Part shown: positions 51,060 to 59,846 of the stretch, piece after piece | Position numbering within the stretch: the first letter of the stretch is position 1 | Layout of the letters: each line of letters opens with the position of its first letter | Assembly (NCBI GenBank): GCA_050246755.1 | Contig: JBFWVL010000001.1 | Span: 96,001-160,000, forward strand | Direction: 5' to 3' | DNA: 64,000 bases | Source: Bacteriovoracia bacterium | GTDB lineage: Bacteria > Bdellovibrionota > UBA1018 > CAIPTA01 | Position numbers and translations under genes: made by a program | The notes under the pieces: generated by a model | Told to the model about the DNA's origin: nothing | The model's input: the letters and a program-made list of their open reading frames with translations, nothing else | Databases searched by the model: none

Positions 51060-51200
51060 TTAATCTGCTATTCCTTGAGCGACTGCCTCTGAAATTAAAA
51101 TTTCTCCCTTCGCCTCACTTAATACAAACCCATAAATATACCCCTCATCACGATATTTTTTGGCCCCCAAGAATACTATAATTTTCTCGCCCACAGCCTG
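51060..51200 (-). pseudogene. 3' remnant paralogous to 52466..52966
   Basis: KKYRDEGYIYGFVLSEAKGEILISEAVAQGIAD* versus KKYRSGGGYFYRFVLSEVKGELLVSEAVAQGIGD*. Confidence 0.8.
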
Positions 51201-51299
51201 GTCGGAAAATCGAGAGAAGGTCAAAACCGAGTACCTTACAGCCGCCTAGCGTACAAATATTCTATCCCTGTAAAGAATACAGGCCCATCCTTCAGGAGG

Positions 51300-52034
51300 C
51301 TATTTTGCAGATTTCCCGAAGCAAGTTATGGGGGCTAAATCATTCCCATCAGGATCCAATTTAAAATCACAAGTCTGCGTTAGAAATAGCGAGTTGGTCG
51401 TAACGGCGCGGACATCCCATTTTCCGCCATTCCACTTTGGGAAAACCTCCCACATAAGATGCTTGGGATCGAAACCCCAAAGCATCGCCGCAAATCTCGA
51501 ATCAGAATAATACTTTGAAACCGCTAGTCTTGCTATCGCCTGCCTCTCGAGAGGTCTCATGCCTATTAAAGCCTGCGGCTCGCCAACATCTTCCCCATAA
51601 AACTCGTAGGACATGGGGCGCTTAACAATAAATAGCATGACGCAAAATAGCGCTATCGAGCCTAACAAAAAATATACATTTTTAATTCCACGGAAACTCG
51701 AGTCTCCATCGCGTGCAAAAAATAAAATAATAAATGCAGCACTCGCGGGAAGTGCAAATCCAGGAATCAAAAAAAGACTTGAGCTGGGCGAACCGTTAAA
51801 GTTTGAAATTAATTCAAATGAAAATATTAACAATGCATAAAACACCAATAAGATTCCAAAGAATGACGTTAAGGTATTCTTACTTGAGGAAAGTGAAATT
51901 TCTCTGCCGCTAAACGAAGATCGACTGAGTTTCTTCGATAAAAAGAGGGCAGCTATCACAAAAATGCTCGTGACCAATGAAAATACTAAACAGTATAGAA
52001 GTAGCCGAAACTCCTGTGATAAAAATGCCCTCAT
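51300..52034 (-). CDS. 4-TM membrane protein with soluble C-terminal domain, putative immunity
   Basis: Four hydrophobic helices, then a domain with two Cys; ATGA overlap with the 52031..52228 remnant. Confidence 0.6.
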   Translation of the reverse strand: MRAFLSQEFRLLLYCLVFSLVTSIFVIAALFLSKKLSRSSFSGREISLSSSKNTLTSFFGILLVFYALLIFSFELISNFNGSPSSSLFLIPGFALPASAAFIILFFARDGDSSFRGIKNVYFLLGSIALFCVMLFIVKRPMSYEFYGEDVGEPQALIGMRPLERQAIARLAVSKYYSDSRFAAMLWGFDPKHLMWEVFPKWNGGKWDVRAVTTNSLFLTQTCDFKLDPDGNDLAPITCFGKSAK

Positions 52035-52228
52035 GGTATTATGGTAATCAACCTTTCTACACTTGCCCCGAACGACTTCCGCTCTTCTTGGATTTTCATC
52101 TCAAGTAAGTAAATTCTGGATTCCAAAACCAAGAGCCTCGCTTGTATGCGACTAATTTTATCTGAGTTAGTTTTTGTGACATTGGCGGGAGAAACAAGAC
52201 CAGCTTGCCGAGTCAGAAAATTTTTCAA
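52031..52228 (-). pseudogene. C-terminal remnant of an effector homologue
   Basis: SDKISRIQARLLVLESRI...EERKSFGASVERLITIIP* aligns with PDRRLEIESQILILSRRI...ELEKEVGRSAEINFSVP*; an in-frame stop lies just upstream. Confidence 0.7.
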
Positions 52229-52249
52229 AAAAATTCACCGATTTTTAAA

Positions 52250-52369
52250 TTTATTCCCAACATCTATTTAGATGAAGCACTTTGCCGTGCGATTATTGCA
52301 GAAGATAACTCTTATGCTGAAATCCTCGTAAAACAGGGGGCAACGTCACCATGTGTCTCTAACCCCTAA
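52250..52369 (+). pseudogene. Ankyrin-repeat-like gene fragment
   Basis: LDEALCRAIIAEDNSYAEILVKQGA fits the ankyrin pattern (AL..A......A..Lh..GA). Confidence 0.4.
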
Positions 52370-52465
52370 GAGGCAAAATCCAAAAGCTATAATTTTCCCG
52401 AAAACTCTGCGCCCACTGACGACGGCAAAGCTTCAGCCAAATGAACTACTACTCTATGATATTCG

Positions 52466-52966
52466 CTAATCCCCGATCCCCTGAGCAACTGCTTCTGACA
52501 CCAAAAGCTCTCCCTTTACCTCACTCAACACAAATCGATAAAAATAGCCGCCGCCACTACGATACTTCTTCGATCCACCCACCAATATGTTTTTCTCAGC
52601 CTGCCAACATAGAAAATCAATCCCAATTACAATGACGCCCTTACCAGCATCAGGAATTGACGAATATCCACCTGCATAAAAAGTCTGGCCTTTAAACTTC
52701 TTAGATAACCTAGAAACGTAGAGATGCTCATCTGCATTTTTCTCTAGAGTACGATCAACAAGACCTATTTTTTTTATTTCAGTGGGCAAATTTTCAGCCA
52801 ACCAAAAAAAAACTTTCTCTTTCGCCTGGCTTTCAAGCCGAAATCTAACCGACGGCTTAACCTTTAAATCATTGACCTTTAAACACCCAGCATGGCCAGT
52901 AACACTGCATAAAAACAAAAGAAAAATAGCAAAATATTTTTTATACCAATTAACCATAAATGACAT
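52466..52966 (-). CDS. Secreted putative cognate immunity protein ('LCWQ' family)
   Basis: GAGG RBS, signal peptide; lies directly downstream of the metalloprotease gene. Confidence 0.65.
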   Translation of the reverse strand: MSFMVNWYKKYFAIFLLFLCSVTGHAGCLKVNDLKVKPSVRFRLESQAKEKVFFWLAENLPTEIKKIGLVDRTLEKNADEHLYVSRLSKKFKGQTFYAGGYSSIPDAGKGVIVIGIDFLCWQAEKNILVGGSKKYRSGGGYFYRFVLSEVKGELLVSEAVAQGIGD

Positions 52967-53016
52967 ATTACCCTCAATGACAACATCACGGTAATAAATT
53001 AAGTATGGATCACCAA

Positions 53017-56000
53017 CTATGGAACGGAAAAATTAATTTCTGCGCTTCGCCCTACTTCTTTTTCCAGCTCAGCCCCCTGAGACCTCGCGTTAGCAATTCG
53101 CCTAGATAAAATTAGAATCTGGCTCTCTATTTCCAACCGCCTATCAGGATCATTTTCATCTCTTAATCTCGACCGAAGATCAAATATATCTTGCCGCCAA
53201 GAAGCAATCGCAGACCTTAGTGCAAACCAAGGACGCTTAGGCACAAGACTCACATTCACCTGCCATCTATGACTTCCCGACACAAGCCTGAATGACTCTG
53301 CCTCTAGATATCGCTCATGATGCTTAGGTTCGACCCTAGTCCCGTCATAAAATACATTATAAACAAACATATATTCGGGATTTTCGGGAGACTTGACGAA
53401 ATCCGCCCTCAGCCTATTTCGTCCTCCTACAATATTACCTCCATCAGTATCGAGAACCACGAAAGGGCTCGGATCCTCCAATACTGGCGGCTCTAAAGCA
53501 CTTAGCCTAACAAAGGCACCAGCAATTTGTTTTCCAATTTCATGCTTACCAGCATCCAAATAGGAGTCAGCCAGAAATGAATCTACAAGCAGGCTCGACG
53601 CAAGTGGTGCCAATTGTTTACTTAGTATCTGTTTAGCTAATGAAATTTTCCGCGCCAAAACAGCAGCCCGCAATCTAGATATCTCCGCTGACAACTTTGC
53701 TCGTCCAGAGATTGCATTAACAATAAAAGCTCGATCTGGAATGTATTTAACCTCTTCATCTATTAAATCAGCTGGTATAACCACCGAGCCTAATTTAACT
53801 TTTCCATTTAAGTTATCTCGAAAAATATCTACGAATACGCCATTCGCAGTGACAGGAACAGTAAATTCCAACTCAGGCGAACCCCCAGGGAGGTTGATAT
53901 CCTCCTTTGCCGCAAATCTCGAAGATGAAATTAATTCATTGGAAATAGTCTTTAACTCAACGAGGTATTCCCCGTCGGAGTTGCTAGGAACTTCGCGATT
54001 TGAATATAAAACATACGTGCTAAACCTATTAAATACGTTTTGACTAATATTTCCTGAAATCAGAATTTGGCTCCCAGGAAAGTTCATGGTCACTTTTTGC
54101 GGACCTGGTATATTTCTTCTAAAGACCTGCACATAATCATTATAAGAAAACCAAAAAGGATTGGGGTCTATATATGGCTGAGCTGGGTCAATGCTATATT
54201 CATTCGACTGCCCTTGCATCATTACATCAATTTGGGCAAGCCTTTTTCCGCGACCTATCTCAATTGGTATAGAAAAATCATAGTTAGAATACCCCTCAAA
54301 TCTAGCTTGGGGATTAAGTGGATCAATAATTCGAGGAGCATGCCATCCCTCTTCGCCGGAGGGTGGCGAGCAGCCGGTTCTACTATCGAATCTAATACAA
54401 AAAGTGTGCCCCAGCTCATGCGCCAAACTTTTAATCAAACCACTCTGCACATGAAAAGCAGGCTCATCAAAGTTGGCCAGTCCAACCGAGTCATGAAGTT
54501 CGTGCGGCGAAGGAAACTTCTGATGAAAGTAGTTATTGGAAACAATCCCAACAAGATGAGTGATCGTCGTATCATTATAAAATTCAGTGGAATTTTCTTT
54601 ATCTACTAGCGCTTTAAGAATATTTCGATCATTTTGAATATCTAACACATCTCCCGTACCCCATACTTTTCCAATTAAAAAATCTCTAGTGAAATCTGTG
54701 TCCGCAGCCGGATAAAGTTGCTTCAAATATGGAAATCCGCCAAAAATGGAAGTCTCATAGGAAAATTCATCTGGCACCTTTGGCTCCGGACCCTTCTCAA
54801 AGCCAGTTCTAACAAAGCCGAGATGAAGGGGCTTTGTTTTTCTAACTCTGACAATAATTTTTCTTTCGGAAATAATTCCGTTTTCTGAATTCCTTAAAAC
54901 GACGTGCATTGTCTTGTTAAGACCGAGAAATGCGCTAGTGGCTGGAACAGGATTTATCTCAAATGTGACGGTTGAACTCCCGCTTTCATCTGTGATTACT
55001 GGATTTGGATGTAAAGTGATCCCATTCCATTCCATGGTCGATTTTGCAATATCGACAGCGGCATTTATTCCCGAAACCACTACATCAGCATTCTTTCCTG
55101 CCACCAGATCTACCTCTTGACCATTACAGAAAGATGTATACTGGCCGGAGCAAAGATTTGGATTTTCAACCACTTGAAACACCGAATACTCACCGGGATA
55201 AGGCTTCACATAATAGGCCGAGTAACCAGAATGGTTTGGATTTGAAGAATGGAGTCGAAATGCGGCTTCACCTTTATTATTGAAAGCACCGGCGTAGAAG
55301 GCAATGCTTAGAAAAGCTTCTGTATTTTCTGATATTGCTTTTGGATTAGCCAACATTATCGGATCTCTACCGAGCGCAAAATTGTAGAGTGCGGGTCCGT
55401 TGAAAGCACTAGCAGAAGTCGCTACTTCGTCGTTATCGTTGATTGAAAAATCATGAAGATCACACGGGAAATCGGGGTTGAGATAGCCAAATCCGGTAAA
55501 AGGAGAACTTAGGCTATCTACGTCTTCCCTCGCGTATGTTCTAGCAAGTTCTTCCACAAATCTATTTCCGGCTGAATACCTGGAAAGCAAAAGAAACTGC
55601 TGTCTTGTTGCTCCAATCATCCTAGTGCCAGAAAAAACAACAGATCCCTTGGAATTAATATCAGCACCTCCAAGGCAAATATTATCAAAATGAATTGAAC
55701 CCAAATTGGTAGGAATGGCCTCAAGAAAATTCGCCGAATTCCTAACTACTATCTCGTCAGTATTTCCCGTTCTTCTCTTATACATGAGCCAGCCATTGTC
55801 TTTCACAATAGGTTCGCCGACTATAGTCGCTGGGCGTGCGCCTTGATCCACAAACTCTAGACCGTTACCAGACGAAAAATAGATAGCGGTGGTTCGATAG
55901 CCTGCATCACTAGGATGTAAATCAACTAAAAAAGCCTGCGCAGAACCGGAGGGAGACACACTATGACCGCGAATTGCTTGAACTCTCAAATTATTTCCAG

Positions 56001-56439
56001 CAGCACCAGCGTCAACCAAGGTCTCATAATAGAGCTGTGCACTAGGCGAACTACCATTGTTTGTGAACGAGTAGACACCCCTTCCCCATCCATCTGGTGC
56101 GGTCGGAATTCCTACGGTAGGTGTAGTTATTCCATAAAATGTTCCATTGTCATCAAATGAAAGGCTCGGCAAAAAACTATTACTAAATCCAATTATCGGA
56201 ACGGGCGTCGTAAGAGGAAATTCACTCCCAATATAAAGGAGTTCATTGGCAGAATTTACGGCAACTTGACCACCATTATTTAAAGCAGGCGTTCCGTCTC
56301 TATTCTGAAATGCCGAAATCTCTTTTCCATTATATTCTAACCGAGTTCCGGGAAGCACGAGTTCAGTTTTATAGGCGTAGAATGGAGCTGCTGTCGCGCA
56401 TAGAGGAAGAAGCGCTACAAGAAAGAATACTCCTCTCAT
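53017..56439 (-). CDS. Large secreted protein: NxxGxxAF-type propeller repeats + HExxH zinc metalloprotease + C-terminal helical-hairpin/beta-sandwich module
   Basis: Start 56439 (ATGA overlap). LNNGGQVA, INSKGSVVF, INDNDEVA, FNNKGEAAF repeats; DLVAGK; SLAHELGHTF and DVMM (Met-turn-like). Confidence 0.75.
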   Translation of the reverse strand: MRGVFFLVALLPLCATAAPFYAYKTELVLPGTRLEYNGKEISAFQNRDGTPALNNGGQVAVNSANELLYIGSEFPLTTPVPIIGFSNSFLPSLSFDDNGTFYGITTPTVGIPTAPDGWGRGVYSFTNNGSSPSAQLYYETLVDAGAAGNNLRVQAIRGHSVSPSGSAQAFLVDLHPSDAGYRTTAIYFSSGNGLEFVDQGARPATIVGEPIVKDNGWLMYKRRTGNTDEIVVRNSANFLEAIPTNLGSIHFDNICLGGADINSKGSVVFSGTRMIGATRQQFLLLSRYSAGNRFVEELARTYAREDVDSLSSPFTGFGYLNPDFPCDLHDFSINDNDEVATSASAFNGPALYNFALGRDPIMLANPKAISENTEAFLSIAFYAGAFNNKGEAAFRLHSSNPNHSGYSAYYVKPYPGEYSVFQVVENPNLCSGQYTSFCNGQEVDLVAGKNADVVVSGINAAVDIAKSTMEWNGITLHPNPVITDESGSSTVTFEINPVPATSAFLGLNKTMHVVLRNSENGIISERKIIVRVRKTKPLHLGFVRTGFEKGPEPKVPDEFSYETSIFGGFPYLKQLYPAADTDFTRDFLIGKVWGTGDVLDIQNDRNILKALVDKENSTEFYNDTTITHLVGIVSNNYFHQKFPSPHELHDSVGLANFDEPAFHVQSGLIKSLAHELGHTFCIRFDSRTGCSPPSGEEGWHAPRIIDPLNPQARFEGYSNYDFSIPIEIGRGKRLAQIDVMMQGQSNEYSIDPAQPYIDPNPFWFSYNDYVQVFRRNIPGPQKVTMNFPGSQILISGNISQNVFNRFSTYVLYSNREVPSNSDGEYLVELKTISNELISSSRFAAKEDINLPGGSPELEFTVPVTANGVFVDIFRDNLNGKVKLGSVVIPADLIDEEVKYIPDRAFIVNAISGRAKLSAEISRLRAAVLARKISLAKQILSKQLAPLASSLLVDSFLADSYLDAGKHEIGKQIAGAFVRLSALEPPVLEDPSPFVVLDTDGGNIVGGRNRLRADFVKSPENPEYMFVYNVFYDGTRVEPKHHERYLEAESFRLVSGSHRWQVNVSLVPKRPWFALRSAIASWRQDIFDLRSRLRDENDPDRRLEIESQILILSRRIANARSQGAELEKEVGRSAEINFSVP

Positions 56440-59315
56440 TTTCCCCTCCCAGCCGCACCGCAAGCATCAGCGAAATCAAGCGTACATGCCCGTTGCCACA
56501 ATCTCGTCTTCGTGAAATCGTCGCCGTCTTCGGAATACATATTTCCTAGCTCGTAACAAGCACCGCCGTCGCCGGGAGGCGCCCAGCAGGCGTTGGTCAG
56601 CAGCTGCCTCTTAGCTTCACGCTCGCCGTCATACGGAAGATCGAGCTTCTTTTTTGCCAGCGGTGGCGCTCCGCTAACATTCACCGTCACGAAGGTGAAT
56701 ACGAGGTTGCCATCGTTATCCACCACGGCGAGGTTAACTCCGTAAGTACCCGGTGTTTCGTACACGTGAGAAGCCACGGCCGTCGTCGTCTCCTCCGATC
56801 CATCGCCCCAGTTCCAGCTGTAGCTGGCAATGGTTCCATCATAGTCATAAGATTCCAAGCCGTTCACATTGAGCGTGAAGGGAGCAACGCCCGAGAGCGC
56901 GCCATTACGAATGATCGCTCTAGGGGCATGGCCCGCATTCACGTTGAATACTTCCATAAAAGCCCTCTGCGGCGGCGTGAAGCCAACACCCGAGGTCACC
57001 CCCATGCTCACAAAATAATTGCGCGCGAGCGGATAGGTATAGTTCACGAACTGCCCGTTCGCGATGCCTTGCCCGTCGGGATTTAGGAAATCCGAGAAGC
57101 GCCAGTTCCAGTTAATGATGGTCCCGCCGACATTGGGATTCACGGCGTAGCTTCCGTTGAAGCTCAAGGGTGTGCCAAGGAGGACTTCGCGAGGCGGCCC
57201 GACCACAAACTGATTCACGGGCGCCATGCTGCCGCTGATTCCCGGCTGCACAAGGATAATAGCCTCTCCTTCAGCTCCATAAGCATCTCTCGTGCGGAGA
57301 CGGACATTGTAGTTTCCGGAAGCATTGTAAGCGTGAGTGACTACTGGGTCGGTAGTCACGGTCTCGCCAAACGCATCGCCGAAATTCCAGCGGTACTGCA
57401 CGATTCCGTCCGAGTCGCTCGCCTCCGACGCGTCGAACGTTACGGTGCGGGGAAAAGATCCGAGCAGGCCACTCACCCGAAATTTTGCGGTAGGCATATC
57501 GGTATCCGTAATCACCACCGTGATATTGGCCGACGTGGTGGCGCCGAGGTTATCGGTGGCCGTGAAAGTGGCGTTATAAGTGCCGGTAGCTGGGTAGTTG
57601 TGCAGAATAAAGGCAGCGGCGGTATCAAACGTGCGTTCACGGGTTCCGTCGCCAAAATCCCACCACATGGATTCGATCGTTCCGTCGGGGTCGGTTACGC
57701 CGCCGACCGCCAATGCAAGAGCTAGCCTTACCTGGAAAGGTGCGCCAGGCGTTTTCTGGTTAACGAAGGGAGCAGCGCCCAGCACGGGAGGAAAGTTCGC
57801 CACTACCGACACGGGAATGGAAACAACGGTGCTAAGTGGAGGGGTGCCGTTATCAACAATGGTTACTTCGAGAGTGTCGGTACCTTCGTTCTCACCAGCC
57901 TGGAAACTAACAAGGCCAGCGGAAGAAACGGAGGCGGTTCCGTATGCGCTTTGCTTCGTCACGAAGAAAGAGCGCACCTGCCAGAAATCCGCGTCGGCCG
58001 AAGTGATTTGGCTGGTTCTCGTCGCATTGATCCCGGCGGTGATCGAAGGAGCGGATCCCGTGGGCGCGCGGTTAGCGGGGGCGCTCACTTCAACGACGGC
58101 AAGCGAAATATTGCCGGTCATGAAGGGAGTGGTGGTTTCCGCGATACGCATTTCCATCACGTAGTAGCCAGGAACGTCCGGCGTGAAACTGTAATTTACG
58201 TCCGTGCTCACGGGATCGGTATTGATCGCGAGCGCGGAACCGGTTGGTTTCGAGATCAAGCGCCACTCGAAGGCAAGGGGCTGGTCATTCACGTCGTGGG
58301 AATTAACCGCGGTTACTTGCGCCCCTTCTCCGAGAGCGATCGGGCTGGCCACGGCTTCGGCAATTCCGATCGGCGCGGTGGGTGGAATATAGGGCTCGGG
58401 AACGATTACGGTGTCGTTCGTGGCAAAAAACGCATTTTTACGAATTGCATTCTTCACGACTCCGCCCGAGGTAAAGCGAATCTCCACGTCTTTGCTGCCT
58501 TCGGTGGAAAACACGGGAGTATTGAGCGTGATGCTCGTGGAGCCAGAGCTCGTAACGGCCGTCGTAATGCCGCCAAGTTTTACTTCGGGGCTAGAACCAA
58601 AATTGGCGCCAGAGATCGTGATCGTGGTACCACCCGCGGCGGCCACGAGGTGGGGCGTTACGTCGGAAATTCTCGGGAAATCCGTTCCGGTCGTTTGCTC
58701 CACCACGTTGAACGAAATGCTTTCTTCGCCCACGGGGGATTTTAGGGAGGCGAGAGCGGCCACGAGCTGGTTCTTGAGCGAAACCTTCTCGTCGCGCTGG
58801 GCCGTAAGCTGGGCGATCTCGGTGGGGTCGGTCGCGGCCGCGATGGCGGCGTTTAGAGAAACAATATCGGCCTCGAGCGAAACGATCGCGTCGCGGATTT
58901 GCACGGCCTGGGCTTTGTCCTGGATAAACATCGAGGCCAGGAAGGTATGCGATTTGATTTCGGTTAAGGCGCCGGCATCATAGATCCACATCTCTTGGGA
59001 AGGATGCTCGAGAGCAACGGTGGCGCCATCGAATTTACCTTCGAGCAGCACTTCACTATCCGTAAATCCCGTATTGGGAATGAGGTAGAGGCTCACGTGA
59101 TCGCCCTGGGCGGGAGTATTCGAAGGAGACACGAATATTCGCACCAGGGGATCACTCAGCTTCTTGATCTTGAGAGTCCGGTCTCTCTTGGCTTTCTCCA
59201 TCTTGGCGATGAGAGTTTTTACCTTAATATTCGTTACCGAACCCTTTGCCGCAAAGGCGGCATCGGCGAAGTTTGCAACGCAGAGAGAGAGCACTAATAA
59301 AATGATTTTTTTCAT
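56436..59315 (-). CDS. Secreted PKD/IPT-TIG/Ig-repeat adhesin-like protein
   Basis: Signal peptide, hairpin module, IPT (GGTTITISGANFG), WDFGDG/WNFGD/WRFSD/WNWGDG PKD repeats, C-terminal Cys-paired Sel1/Hcp-like repeat. Confidence 0.85.
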   Translation of the reverse strand: MKKIILLVLSLCVANFADAAFAAKGSVTNIKVKTLIAKMEKAKRDRTLKIKKLSDPLVRIFVSPSNTPAQGDHVSLYLIPNTGFTDSEVLLEGKFDGATVALEHPSQEMWIYDAGALTEIKSHTFLASMFIQDKAQAVQIRDAIVSLEADIVSLNAAIAAATDPTEIAQLTAQRDEKVSLKNQLVAALASLKSPVGEESISFNVVEQTTGTDFPRISDVTPHLVAAAGGTTITISGANFGSSPEVKLGGITTAVTSSGSTSITLNTPVFSTEGSKDVEIRFTSGGVVKNAIRKNAFFATNDTVIVPEPYIPPTAPIGIAEAVASPIALGEGAQVTAVNSHDVNDQPLAFEWRLISKPTGSALAINTDPVSTDVNYSFTPDVPGYYVMEMRIAETTTPFMTGNISLAVVEVSAPANRAPTGSAPSITAGINATRTSQITSADADFWQVRSFFVTKQSAYGTASVSSAGLVSFQAGENEGTDTLEVTIVDNGTPPLSTVVSIPVSVVANFPPVLGAAPFVNQKTPGAPFQVRLALALAVGGVTDPDGTIESMWWDFGDGTRERTFDTAAAFILHNYPATGTYNATFTATDNLGATTSANITVVITDTDMPTAKFRVSGLLGSFPRTVTFDASEASDSDGIVQYRWNFGDAFGETVTTDPVVTHAYNASGNYNVRLRTRDAYGAEGEAIILVQPGISGSMAPVNQFVVGPPREVLLGTPLSFNGSYAVNPNVGGTIINWNWRFSDFLNPDGQGIANGQFVNYTYPLARNYFVSMGVTSGVGFTPPQRAFMEVFNVNAGHAPRAIIRNGALSGVAPFTLNVNGLESYDYDGTIASYSWNWGDGSEETTTAVASHVYETPGTYGVNLAVVDNDGNLVFTFVTVNVSGAPPLAKKKLDLPYDGEREAKRQLLTNACWAPPGDGGACYELGNMYSEDGDDFTKTRLWQRACTLDFADACGAAGRGK

Positions 59316-59327
59316 GTCCGGGGTTCC

Positions 59328-59837
59328 TTAGTTCAAATTGGTAAAAGAAGAGAAATTGTAGGTCTCGCGGCCGATTCTATTTTTGAGGCCTTCTAGCTCC
59401 GCCTGGAGCCGCGTTTGGAGTTGGAGATTTTTATTGAGCTCGGCCTCAAGGGCGGCGAGGTCATCTGGGTCAGAGGTTTCGGCGATCTCGGCGCGGAGGC
59501 TTGCAATCGTTTGCTCTGTTACTTTTAGAGATTCAGAGAGGCGATCGGTTTGCCGGGCGTCGGCCAAGGAGATCAGAAAAGAAATCGCGTGGGCGCCGTT
59601 TCCTGGAACTTTAAATACCCAGAGGTCTTTGGCGGGATGCTCGAGGGTCGCAGGGTAGCCATCAAAGTTGGCGTCGAGCACCACGTAGGACTTTTCAAAA
59701 TTCGTGTTGGCGCGGATGAAGAGATTCACCTGCCCGTTCGCGGCCCGATTTTCCGAAATACTAAGAAAAGAACTGGTTTTTGGGCCGGCCAAGGCCGCAA
59801 AAGGCAAAAAGAGGCAAAGCAGTGCAATAAATTTCAT
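59328..59837 (-). CDS. Small secreted protein consisting only of the hairpin/beta-sandwich module
   Basis: GAGG RBS, signal peptide; NTNF...FDG...LEHP...W and SDPDD hairpin shared with the 56436..59315 N-terminus. Confidence 0.8.
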   Translation of the reverse strand: MKFIALLCLFLPFAALAGPKTSSFLSISENRAANGQVNLFIRANTNFEKSYVVLDANFDGYPATLEHPAKDLWVFKVPGNGAHAISFLISLADARQTDRLSESLKVTEQTIASLRAEIAETSDPDDLAALEAELNKNLQLQTRLQAELEGLKNRIGRETYNFSSFTNLN

Positions 59838-59846
59838 ATTTTCCTC

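Larger units (their letters stand above)
47850..56439 (-). other. AT-rich accessory island (effector plus orphan cassette array)
   Basis: Visibly AT-rich codon usage versus flanks; short orphan genes and gene fragments; no integrase or tRNA seen. Confidence 0.75.
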
